A DNA stretch of 64,000 nt, taken from assembly GCA_004764695.1 (NCBI GenBank), contig SMSO01000031.1:7732761-7796760 (forward strand), in the 5' to 3' direction. Below the pieces are notes generated by a model that saw nothing but the letters and a program-made list of their open reading frames with translations, did not search any database and was not told the origin of the DNA. This DNA is from Schizochytrium sp. TIO01. Its lineage: Eukaryota > Protista > Bigyra: Labyrinthulomycetes. The position numbers and the translations under genes were made by a program. Positions 1 to 11,609 of the stretch are shown piece after piece; within the stretch, counting starts at the first letter, position 1; every line of letters begins with the position of its first letter.

Positions 1-107
1 GCCGCCCCTTCTTCGGTGCCTGCTGCCGTTCTGACGCTGTCCGCAGAGTTTGCCTGACTGCCTGTCTGACTGACTGTCTGTACGTACGTATTCTTCACAT
101 AGTACTA

Positions 108-152
108 ATAGGTAGGTAGGTAGGAGGTAGGTAGGTAGGAAGGTAGATAGGT
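108..152. repeat. Imperfect (TAGG)n microsatellite
   Basis: Direct read: ggtaggtaggtaggaggtaggtaggtagg. Confidence 0.85.
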
Positions 153-870
153 CCTAAGTACCTGTTATACCATCTAAAGGTAGAAAGAGTTAAAAAAACC
201 AAAAAAACATGTCTCCTTTCTATTCTTTATAATCAATCCAAAGAACTTTGAAAATAGTTCTGTACAAAACTCGTATTTTATTCACAAAATCCCTGCTACT
301 TAAGTTCCACGCATGCTACTGCCCTCCTACACATTACACTAGCAGCACTGGCAAGGGAAGTTTTTATTTTTTGGTTTTATTTTTGGTTTTGTTTTTTGTC
401 TTTAATTCCCCAAACAATCTGTGCTGCGCAATCTATATAGGTACTTTTTAGTACAAACAAAAACAAATCCTTCATCATTTCAAGTGATGAGTTTGTTATT
501 TTAAGCTTTAATTGATTTAAAGTAATGTTAAAGTAAATAAGAAGCTCCTCGTTTATGAAATAGCTTTTGCATTTCGTAAGTCTTTCATTTATCTCGTTTC
601 GATCAGCTGATTCATGTCATGAATATCCAACATTCGAAGAACTAACTCGCTCATTTATTATTTACTTACTTACTGACTTACTGATTGACTGAAGTGCCTC
701 TGACCAAGTGACAGAGTGCTCAATTACTTCGCCTCCAAAGCTCTTTCTTTTTCTTCTTCTGCTTTGCTTTTTATGTGGGTATAATAATCATCGTCTCCTC
801 ATTAGGAGCCGACTACCGACTTCTACGCTCTATTCGCAAAATTGTTCTCTCTTAGTTTAGTTTATCGCCC

Positions 871-898
871 TATTATTATTATTATTATTATTATTATT
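871..898. repeat. (TAT)n microsatellite
   Basis: Direct read. Confidence 0.9.
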
Positions 899-1129
899 GC
901 CTTCGGCAATTGATGATCGATGATGGATGTCCTGGCAAGATTTGGCTTTTCCCCAAAACCCTGAGTGAAGCCGCCCAAAGTGGTCATCCAAACCCACTAT
1001 TGACATACGAGCGGCCTCTCTTTCGAGCACCCCTTTCCGTAAGCACGGCGTATCTCCAAAGCCACGCAACGGAACGAAGAGGACGCGCGAACCTTCGAAC
1101 GCGAAGAAAGCTTTGCTTGTGCATCTCTC

Positions 1130-1132
1130 TTT

Positions 1133-1192
<60 letters not shown>
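1130..1192. repeat. (TTTC)n microsatellite
   Basis: Direct read. Confidence 0.92.
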
Positions 1193-1313
1193 TGCTCGTG
1201 TAGGTACCTCCTAGGGATTTGGCTAACTATACAACTAGCTAGCTATATCTACATGCGAAAGCAGAAATGAATAATCAATGCTCCATAAGCAGACATACAC
1301 ATGGATACATCCA

Positions 1314-1374
1314 ATACAATCATAGATACACAATCATAGATACACAATCATAGATAAGCAGTCATAGATACACA
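1314..1374. repeat. 14-bp minisatellite (CATAGATACACAAT), ~4 imperfect units
   Basis: catagatacacaat catagatacacaat catagataagcagt catagatacacaa. Confidence 0.8.
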
Positions 1375-1432
1375 AACATTTATACAAACATGCATACACA
1401 GAATATGAGATTATTATAGGACGCAGTGGGTC

Positions 1433-1462
1433 TTTGTTTGTTTGTTTGTTTGTTTGTTTGTT
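1433..1462. repeat. (GTTT)n microsatellite
   Basis: Direct read. Confidence 0.88.
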
Positions 1463-4400
1463 GTCTGACCTATGATCTGTGTGGAAGTCGAAACGAACAA
1501 ACTGAATAACAGAGAGAGTAAAGTTCTGTCTCAGCTCAGACTTCATTTCTTTTATTACGAAACTCGGCGGTGCGTGTTTTACTAGTTAGTATACCGTACA
1601 ATCGGTGCTCGCTTTGCAAGCGAACTGCAAATGCGCTGCAGCTTTGGCAAAGAGAGCGGCCTCAACTTATCGAAAAGCTGCCGAGGCGAGCTGGTTCCGG
1701 GTTCTTTTCTGCCCGAGTTTCTGAATGCTTGTTTGCTTGCTTGGTTTGTTGATTGCTTGTTCTGGGCCCGAGCTCTGCAAGCATTCCATTCAATTTAGCT
1801 GTGATAAGGAGCGCTTCAACTTTCAGTGTTCTTACTGTGAGGAAGCAATCGAAATATGCGCACCCTCTTCGTCGCACTGCTAGCAATACGCGTAGGCGGT
1901 GCTAGCGAAAGAGAATCAAGGCTTCTTTTCAGACCACCTTTCTTTCCCCTTTTATATGGGTTATATGAAGGTAGGAAGGCCCGTCTTTTATTTATGTGGT
2001 TCTTCTTCATTCGTTTTCACTTATTTAATTTAATTAAAAAAACAAAAAAAAACAATGTTTTTTATTTTAATAAAATAATATAATATAAATATAAATTCAA
2101 TAATAAGAATAATAAAGAATAATAGAGTGGAAATGAACTTGGAGTGGAAAGCAGATGCGCATAAGTACATTCTCAGCTACGACAAAAAGACACCCAGCAC
2201 GAAGATTGAAATCACGATCTTCAAGCTTTTGGCTGGTTTATCATCTTGTTCTTTGCTTGATCTGGTTTTAGGGATTCACAGTTTGCAGTAGAGTTAAAGA
2301 GGAACCCGAAATTGTCGTGCTCGATGACCTTGGATTGTGTGTATGGTGGCAGCATGAACCTAGAACAGTAACCCAGAAGGGGTTTGGTCTCTGAAGAAAT
2401 ACACCACAGGGACATTAAAGGTGAAGAGATAGTTTTGTTCAAGGTAATGTTTGATTCGAGCGTTTATGCAAGATAAAATATATTGAAAATCTTGGATTCG
2501 AGCATGTGCAGCTCGGGTCGCCGATATGTACCGCGAACTTCAAGTTATGTTCATCTTTGAGTGACCATAGCTTCGTGTGCGTTGTACTTGCTAAGTGAAA
2601 ATGTGAAGTTCAACTCGAAGAGCTCCCGAAGAGCGACCATAAAGCTCACTTAATCTGCAAATCAAGCTAAGAAAAGAAAAGCAATCTCTCCATATCCTCC
2701 ACACAGCTCAAGGTCTACTTTGAGTCAGGTGCTTATATACTAGGCACCTACCGATAAGCCTCACAGTAAGACGCTATCGCACTGTTAAATTAATAAACAA
2801 CTCATTCGCCTGAATTAGAACTCATCGTACTCGAAGATTCGCATCACAGAATACAGCTGTAAACCTGCACCATCCCATTCAATCAGGTGGTAGTCAACAT
2901 GAGCTGTGCACTCCGCACAGACTGAAAACGCATCTCCACCCCCAGCTTTTGCATGCTTATCATCTTGAAAATGAGCGCGCACGAAGTCACGTCCTATTCC
3001 AAGCTGCTTTTGCTTTTGCATTTGCATTTCTTCATCCACCCAAAAGCAAAATACAAAAGTGTTAAAGGAGTGTAATTTCCATTCTTTAATAGGGCTCACC
3101 TACCGATAAATGTACCATTCCATCCCAAAAAAAGAAAGAAAAACAAAAGCAAAAGGTCAATCGATCGAAATCAATCCCCAAATCTCAGAATCTTTTGACA
3201 TTACGTGCACAAAAGCGTGGACCGGCTGGCATCAAACCAGGAAACTGCGTAGGGTCGTGGGCCTTGTGGATAGGCGTTGGTCCACGGCGGAATGAGCGTC
3301 GGTCAATCGGCAGCGAAGCGACGGTTCTCTCCATTCGTGAACAACTTCGCCATTTACCCATCGTTATGGTGGATAGGCCTATCTATGTAGAGACCTATTA
3401 ATAAGCAAATAGAGTAAACAAAACCAACTTATTAAAAACAGGCAAAGTGAGCATAGTCCTAACCTGCTCTCCTTTTCATCATGGCCACACGGGGGATCAC
3501 AGGTTAAAAGGGGGCATGCGGCGAATCTTAGGCGTTACCAGACGGAGACCGAAGACCCGACCCAACGCTGTTCCTGAGGCGCCAAACAAAGCCAGAGGGC
3601 CCGAAAAACTCGCGTGAGGCCGCACGAAACTCTGCGGGAGTATGCCTATCTAGAGCTGCCCAGTTTGCGCGCCTTTATTGGCCCTCGTGCGTCACCGCCA
3701 CGCGATCAGGCATGCCATCCTTTGCTGGCTTGCTCTCTCTTAATCTGTTGCTCTATTCCGCTTTTGTGCGACTTCGGAGGGGGTCGATAGCAATCAATAA
3801 CAAACAATATACAATTCTTTCTTTCTTTCTTTCTTTCTTTTTTTAATGAAGAATAGAGGTAAATGAGCAGCTTCTAAAGCCGCAAAAACAAAACAAATAA
3901 AACAAAGATATAGTATAATAATGATTATAAAATTGCTCTTCGTCCCTTGGGTGCTTTCTCAACTCGAGTCTTTTTGAGATTGGAGAAGGCCGTGAGAATA
4001 AAAGTATTTTCAGAGCGGGGAGGCAAAAGAAGAAGAAGAAAGAAGAGCTTCATTTGTGTGGATAAACTGGATAAAGTATGCAGCTCCAGCAGTTTTGCAT
4101 TTGTTTCTCATAAGAAACCTAGCTTCGAATAAAATACGGAGGCATACCACCTACAATGTGTTTATGTTTAATCATTTGTGAATTACAAAATAATTTAATA
4201 CAAAATCGTTATAATTAATAACACTTTGAAAGCACATTACTATAAAACATTTTTAGATTTCTTTTTATTATATATATTAAATAAACTAATTTCATAATAT
4301 GCTTATGTAATACGTAATAGTTCACATTTCACATAGTCAAATTTTTTTTTAGTTTTTTAAAAATTAAACTAAGGCCGCCTTTCTCACGCTCGCAAACATT

Positions 4401-4965
4401 TAGGATGCCCCCCATAGCCGCGGGCTCTCGAGTCTTCCTGGAAGACAGTGCTCGGAGTGGAGGGTACAGTGGGAATGTAAGCTTGGCCTGCGAGGAGACC
4501 GGAAATGCTCTCAAGGTTAGCCAGCCTTGCTCTTCTGAAATTGCAGAGGCGCTGCTCGCACATAGACGTACCATTTAGGTTAAAACTGTCTTATTTCCGT
4601 GCTTCGCGAGGCAAAGGGGGTACAAGGGAAAATCAATACGGCCATAACCATGAGAAATCTTATTCCTCCATTAACTCATTCATTCATTCATTCACTCATT
4701 CATTTCTTGAGACAACTAAACTATTATGATTATGGCTTCTTTCAAGTACAAAGGGTTGTAATATGCACCTCCGCTGACCCGCGCATATCCCGGCGGTATT
4801 GTCCCAAGTGGGATAGTGTGAGACACACTGAGTTCCCAGGTTACTCCCATGGAGACGGAGGTGGTGCCTTGAAAGAGCTCCAGTGAGGGGCTGTGTGGAC
4901 GTTTAACCCTCGCTTTGTTCTTGCTAATAGCACCTCCTACCTACGATGTAGCTAAAAAGTTAGTC

Positions 4966-5092
<127 letters not shown>

Positions 5093-5443
5093 GTTCGAGA
5101 TGAAAGAATGAAAATTGTTTTTGACGATGCGTATGCCGGGAACGAGACGGAGCTCGGGCAAGTTGCTGTGAATGTGGACTTTGAGGTTTCTCGCTTTGCA
5201 GAAGCTGATGTGCTTTCAAGAAAGGACGCATATTGAGCGATGGGAGGTACCTTTGAAGACTTGGATTTCATTTACTCCAGCTTCGGCTGACTCGCGGAAA
5301 ATATCCTTTGTCGGTCCGAGTCTGCAGGTCATCTTGCTGATAGCTCGCTCTTTATTCGTTCGGGGAAAGAAAGAATCAACTTCTAAAAGCAGACCTCTAT
5401 TCATCATGTTTTAGGACCAAGCTTTCATCTTATTATTAATACA

Positions 5444-5479
5444 TAATAATAATAATAATAATTATTATTATTATTATTA
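5444..5479. repeat. Perfect 36-bp AT-only palindrome, (TAA)6(TTA)6
   Basis: Paired base by base about the centre at 5461/5462. Confidence 0.9.
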
Positions 5480-6115
5480 ACTTTACTACTGCCAAAAGTT
5501 AGGAACTAAAGTTAAAGTTAAGAAGCTTGCTTATAAAGCTTCAGCGAAGGGCTCCGCTAATTCCAACTTGCAATAGTGCCATTGCTCCATTGCTCCTTTC
5601 GGCGGTCTGTCTCTTTGCCTGCTCCAAAGCATTTCTTGGTTTCGGTTTCTAATTCGACTTCTGTCTGGGTTTCCATTTCTTTGTTGATTTGGATTTTGAT
5701 TCCCACCATACTTAGCTTGCTGGCTATAGCTAGCTAGCTGCAGCTACTAAGTGCTGCCTATGCTTCTCAGCTCCTGAATATGCAGCTCTATTACTTAAAG
5801 AAAGTAACTCAATCGTGTCATTCATTCATTCATTCATTCATTCGCGCGGTAGACTTGTAGAAAAGAATTCGTGAAAACGCAGCGTAGATCTAAAGATTGT
5901 TGCCGAAGCTGCGGTGTGCAAATGCAAAAGCGGAATATGCGCTTCTCGCGAGCGGTTATCTGGTCAGCGAATAGTTCGGCCTTTATCTGTTTCGAGCTGG
6001 GTTGTTTTCCGCAGCAGCGAGAGGTGATCCCAAATTCCATTTGCGAGCCGGCTTCAGACTTATTATTTCTTTATTCATCGTCGTCGTTGTATTTTATTTA
6101 TAGTTGTTTTTTACG

Positions 6116-6190
6116 ATTCATTCATTCATTCATTCATTCATTCATTCATTCATTCATTCATTCATTCATTTATTTATTTATTTATTTATT
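6116..6190. repeat. Compound (CATT)n/(TATT)n microsatellite
   Basis: Direct read. Shorter CATT tracts also at ~4677-4705, 5818-5843, 26820-26852 and 28207-28221. Confidence 0.92.
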
Positions 6191-8380
6191 AGTTTACTTG
6201 TATTTTAATTATTTAAATTTTGCAAAAGAAAAAGAAAAAGAAGGATGAAGACAAAGGGGTAAAGAAAGACTCTCGATACTTGGGCATTAGAAACACACAG
6301 GTTCGAGGGCCTGAAAAACCTTGCACAATTTTTGAAAAGAGCGAGAGCCAACGACGAACCATGGAGACGCACGGCCGTGTTTTGAGGCGGTAGATTCAAT
6401 GCGGTCTGCTCAAAACCCTTTTGGCTGGTCCGCTTGAATTTACAGTAAACGACAGCCTATTATCTAGGCAGGAGTTTTAATGATTTAGGTTCCCGCCTAC
6501 CATGTTTTTTTGGCTTTTTTGCCTTTTCTTGTTCACAAATAAGAAAATGAAAGAAAAGAAGAAGAAGGAGGAGGTCTTTAAAATAAAGTTAAAGAATACA
6601 GAAATGTATTTCTTTTTTGTTGTTGTTAGCGAGCGAACCTAAGTAGTTTCAAAGCCATCGCCGAAGACTCTTGTTAAGGCAGCGAAGAGATTGCCGTGAT
6701 CCACTTTCAACTTTGACAAATAACCACTCTTGAAAAGTTGATGTCGACCTGAAATCATTCTGTATTTTAAGGCCTCAGAGGGAGAAATTCGCACAACCTT
6801 GCAGAGTCCTAAGCCCTACTATGCCATACTGCTAGGAGTAGGGGGTGACCCAGATCTCGCGAGGTTGTGCATTTTGAGATTTGGCGCGGCATGCGCTGCG
6901 CTGACATCGTATAAGAAAGAGCGAAGTTCTTGTGCTTCGATGGCGACGGATGTGACGTCTTTTCGTACAAAGGCGAAGGGAGGTCGACATGACCTTACTC
7001 GGCTCTAGCATCGATGTTAAGATCGAGCTGGGTTTGCACGGTTGGTTTTCGTGAGGAGGGTTGGTTATCTGGTCTTTGACGTGCCGAATGCACATGAAAT
7101 GCCGAATCGCTGTCGATACAAATTTTGGCAATTTCTCGACAGTGCATAGATGGCTGTTTAGGTCTTGGCAGGCGCTTTGCTAACAAACGCGACGGGTGGA
7201 CGCATTTGTTTGGAATGGGAAGTGCTCCTTTACATCTGTACGGAGATCGTTCAATTTTCTTTTGGGGGGGTTCTTGTAATGGGCACGCGCGTCGGTCACG
7301 TGCCACCAATACCTACATGTTGTATATGAATTGATAAATTAGAAAATAAAATTTAAAAAATAGGAATGGTGCACTGTCGCATCGGTCATCCAAATCAGCG
7401 CAGTCCTGCACTTGCAAAGCGAAGACTGAGCTTCGAGATTGCCGAGCTCAATAATTGTATGGGGTACTTCTGAACAATCTGAATGACGGACGCCCCTGGA
7501 CGGAATACGTAAAAGTCCTCCTGTTATGAAAGTCATGGTGCGTACTAGTAGGTACTGCTGCAAACTGTTCAGTGCAGACAATAGCTATCCAGTGCTAATA
7601 TCAATTTTTCGCACAAGGCTTTTCGTATTTTAAAGAATCAAAATAAAGAAATCAAATGTCCGCTCAATGTAATACACTGGAAGTTGAAGAATATATCGTT
7701 ATCACCCTCATCTTCAAGTTTTGCGATAGTCCGTTTTGAGGATCGTCGCTCTGTATCGAAACAGGCTTATGCTGTATCTACCTTCTACGCGTTCATCACT
7801 CATACCAGTTGTGCGTTTCCGTAGCCTCTAGATGTTTTCCTTTGAAGATAACGCCCCTAGATTAGCTCATTAGGGTCCTTCAAAAAGCAGATTAGGGTCA
7901 TTTTGCACAAATTGGGACTCGAGACGATGCTTCTCTAAACAACTAACAGAAGTAGATGCCTACCCAGGCTCATTTGTATCAGTTGCCAACACTTCGACAT
8001 TCGGGCCAAACTGCCACGCGCCTTGAGAACTTCCGCAAGGTATATTGCGTCCTCTTGCCGCAACTTCTGAAAGAGGTAAATGTAATCATGGAGACAACAC
8101 CGGGTGCTTTTTAATGCTTCAAACGATCGTAGTACGGGATGCCAGGTGAAATCTAACAGTATGCCATACGATGGTAGAGAAGGACTGTAATGCAAGCCGC
8201 ATGTTTTCTCATACGCATGATTATTGCACAATACTCTTCAATAGACGAGTGAGATCCAAACTCGGAAGAAGGTAAAAATGATAAGCACAAGTGGAGATGG
8301 GTCGCAATGCGAAGTAGCAAAAATGTATTTCATCTATAAATCATAAAGTTGATCATTCTCAAACGCTCGCGCACGAAAAC

Positions 8381-10762
8381 TTATGCAGACTTGTAGCCAG
8401 CCCAGGCAGCGCCAGCAGCGAGGGAGTGGGCGAGAAAGAAGTCAGCAAAAACAAGCGAGTTGATGGAGGTGAGCTTGAGAAGAATGTTCACAGCAGGACC
8501 CGAAGTATCCTTCATAGGGTCACCGACAGTGTCACCTGTAACGGCCGCACGATGCTCCTCGGTACCCTTGCGGCCCTGCTTCTCAAGAAGCTTCTTGGCG
8601 TTATCCCAAGCGCCACCAGAGTTACTGGCAGAGATAGCCATCTGCACACCAGAGACAAGGTTGCCAGCGAGGAGACCAGTGAGGGCGTGCACACCAAACA
8701 CGTATCCAGTGACAATGGGTGAGAGGATAACAAGAGCACCAGGGGCAATCATCTCACGGAGAGAAGCCTGGGTGGAAATTTCAACGCAGCGAGCGTAGTC
8801 AGGCTTGGCAGTACCCTCCATGAGACCAGGGATGCGAGCGAACTGACGACGCACCTCGACGACCATCTCGCGGGCGGCAATACCCACAGACTTCATGGTC
8901 ATGGCAGAGAACCAGTACGGGAGCATGGCTCCGTAAAGCAAGAAAGTGAAGATGATCGGCTCAAGCACGTCCACGTGGGTAGCACCAATACGGGCCACGA
9001 AGGCACCGTACAGTGCGAGGGAGACGAGAGCAGCAGAGCCAATAGCAAAACCCTTGCCAATTGCAGCAGTGGTGTTTCCGGCGGCGTCAAGAGCATCAGT
9101 AATGTGACGCACGGGGGCACCGAGCTCAGCCATCTCAGCAAGGCCTCCTGCGTTATCAGTGATAGGACCATAAGCGTCAATGGTGAGGCCAATGGACAAA
9201 GACGAAAGCATTCCAAGAGCAGCGAGGGCTACTCCGTACATGCCAGCGAGCTGGAGGGATACGAAGACAGTGAAACCAAGGGCCACGACGGGAATAATGA
9301 CAGACTTGTAACCAAGAGCCAAGCCATAAATGATGTTAGTGGCAGCACCAGTCTTGCATGAATCAGCGACCTCACGCACAGGGGTGTAAGAATGGGAGGT
9401 GTAGTACTCAGTGATGAGACCTGTGGCGAGGCCAGCCCAGAGGCCAGAAGCAACACAGATAAAGGCACCAAACCAGGTGCCCATGGTGTCCTCATCGCAT
9501 TCCACACCAGGCTTGGGAAAGCAGAACTTGCTCGGCAAGAAGATCACAGCAAGCACAAAGATTGCAGGAGTCAGAAGCACAGTCGAAAGGATAAGCTGGA
9601 CCTTGAGGACATGTTCAATGTCGGACTCCTTGCGAACAGGGCTTACGTCAGTGGCAACAAAAGAAGTCGCAAGACACACAAGGATACCCACTGCAGAAAT
9701 GCACAACGGGAACATCATGGAGCCCCAGTTGGCCTGAAGCTGCGGGGAAAGCGAACTCAACACAAGTGCGGCACAGGTAGACTCGGCAAAAGATCCAAAG
9801 AGATCAGCGCCCATGCCGGCAATATCACCGACGTTGTCACCAACGTTGTCAGCGATCGTGGCCGGGTTACGGGGGTCATCCTCAGGAATATCCTTCTCGA
9901 CCTTGCCGACAAGATCAGCTCCGACATCAGCAGCCTTGGTGTAAATTCCACCACCAACACGACCAAAGAGAGCGATCGAACTGCCACCAAGACCGTATCC
10001 TGCAACAACCTCAAAGAGAGTACGGTACACGTAGGTGGTAGCATTGGCGCCAGAGACAGCATCAGTAGGGACAAAGATCCAGGAGTAGATGAAGATGAGT
10101 GCGAAGAGCGATCCCAAAGCGAGGGAGCACAACGCAAATCCCATGACGGCACCTCCACGGAAAGCTGCGTTGAAAGCCTGAGTCCAGCCAATCTGAGCGC
10201 AGGTTGCACAGCGAGCGTTGGTGTAAACGGCGATCATCATGCCGACGTAGCCGCTCACCATGGATGTAAGGCCACCAACAAAGAAGGCAACGGCAGTGTA
10301 AAGACCTTCGTCCCAGCAGGAGCCGCTGACATCAAGAGGAGTTCCAGTGGGGTTAATACGAGAAGCGTTGATGCCACAGTTTCCGGCGCTTCCAACGAGC
10401 ACAAAGACGAGACCACCAAAGACGATCAAGAAAAGCAGGCAAATCTTGTACTCGGCGTACAGGAAGGACTTGGCTCCGAGGGAGATAGCGTCGTAGATTT
10501 CGCGGAGCTGGCGAGTACGGTCAGCAACGTTGGGCCCAGCACGGTTGGCGGAGCCGTCATCGCGAACGAGGCTGGCACTCTCGGCGTGCTCGTGCATCTC
10601 AGAGTCATCGAGCTTCATGGCCTGAATCTGGATGCTGCGAATCTTGCCGGCCTGGATCATGGCGAAGAAGAAACCAAGACCCACGGCGACGAGAATGAGG
10701 AGTGCAGCGCCGAAGGATCCGCCGGTGATCTCATACTCTGCGGCGTTCATGCTGCTGTCCAT
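8381..10762 (-). CDS. VP1: Membrane-bound H+-translocating inorganic pyrophosphatase (V-PPase/AVP1-like, K+-dependent type), 793 aa, intronless
   Basis: Family motifs GGIYTKAADVGADLVGKVE, EDDPRN, DNVGDNVGD, EYYT, GPITDNAGG, GGAWDNAKK and GDTVGDPMKDTSGP, plus many hydrophobic helices. GNTTAAIG has Ala, not Lys, at the K+-determinant position, indicating K+-dependence. Confidence 0.97.
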   Translation of the reverse strand: MDSSMNAAEYEITGGSFGAALLILVAVGLGFFFAMIQAGKIRSIQIQAMKLDDSEMHEHAESASLVRDDGSANRAGPNVADRTRQLREIYDAISLGAKSFLYAEYKICLLFLIVFGGLVFVLVGSAGNCGINASRINPTGTPLDVSGSCWDEGLYTAVAFFVGGLTSMVSGYVGMMIAVYTNARCATCAQIGWTQAFNAAFRGGAVMGFALCSLALGSLFALIFIYSWIFVPTDAVSGANATTYVYRTLFEVVAGYGLGGSSIALFGRVGGGIYTKAADVGADLVGKVEKDIPEDDPRNPATIADNVGDNVGDIAGMGADLFGSFAESTCAALVLSSLSPQLQANWGSMMFPLCISAVGILVCLATSFVATDVSPVRKESDIEHVLKVQLILSTVLLTPAIFVLAVIFLPSKFCFPKPGVECDEDTMGTWFGAFICVASGLWAGLATGLITEYYTSHSYTPVREVADSCKTGAATNIIYGLALGYKSVIIPVVALGFTVFVSLQLAGMYGVALAALGMLSSLSIGLTIDAYGPITDNAGGLAEMAELGAPVRHITDALDAAGNTTAAIGKGFAIGSAALVSLALYGAFVARIGATHVDVLEPIIFTFLLYGAMLPYWFSAMTMKSVGIAAREMVVEVRRQFARIPGLMEGTAKPDYARCVEISTQASLREMIAPGALVILSPIVTGYVFGVHALTGLLAGNLVSGVQMAISASNSGGAWDNAKKLLEKQGRKGTEEHRAAVTGDTVGDPMKDTSGPAVNILLKLTSINSLVFADFFLAHSLAAGAAWAGYKSA

Positions 10763-11562
10763 GGTGGATATAATAATTCCTGTCCATTAGTAACGGGATT
10801 TGGGCGCACAAAAGTCACGCAGAAACATTCCACACACGGTGCATTGGCGAAGGGTCGTTCACGCACCATTGATCACCATCACAGCGCAGGGTCATGTGTG
10901 CGAGCAAATGCATTCATTGTCATCATCACCATCTCAAGTTAGTCCTCCTTGTGTCCAAGCCCCGCGAATTCATCCTTTTTCGCTCACAACTCTATCATGC
11001 GATCAAGTTCCTTGACTTATCTAACCTAACCCCACTAAATACACCCACTCCAATCTTCACAGCCTTATGCGTCAATCGTTGCCACGATCCCGCTCGCAGA
11101 CTGATTGCCACAGCTCTGCAGATCTTGCTCGCGGTGCCGTCGCACGCATAACCATGTTTGCTCTATTGTATACCAATCCTTATACCCCACTTTGCTGCTC
11201 TATAGTCTATAGTACGCCGCTCCGCTGCACAGCGCACAATCGGAAAATAGTCTATAGTATCCGCGCCGCATAGTTCATAACTCACTCACCTTGCACGGGT
11301 CCCTGCTAGGCTGCCGACGGGACGCTTTCCTTTCGTGCCGCCGCGACGCTCGAGGTTGGCGTGCGTGCGGGTTCGACCGGGCGTGGGCCTGGCTGTTGCT
11401 CGCGGGAGGGGGTGGTGACTCGGGCGGGTCTCTCGCTCGAGAGGCGCCGCGACCAAGGCGAGGATCGGGGTCTGCCGCCGGCTCCGTCGCTTGAAATGGT
11501 GGCGGCGCTTTGATCTTTCTACTTCCACTGTCAAAAAACAGCGCTTATTTACTTATTTATTG

Positions 11563-11609
11563 ATTCATTCATTCATTCATTCATTCATTCATTCATTCAT
11601 TCATTCATT
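11563..11609. repeat. (CATT)n microsatellite
   Basis: Direct read. Confidence 0.92.

Noticed and set aside
2399-2550. Kinase-like fragment IHHRDIKGEEI...*NILKILDS
   Set aside because: In-frame stops on both sides and no DFG, APE or Gly-rich loop. It cannot be distinguished from chance without a tBLASTn search.
9392-10942. 516-aa plus-strand ORF antisense to the H+-PPase
   Set aside because: Mirror-frame shadow explained by avoidance of TTA/CTA/TCA codons in the real gene; no motifs.
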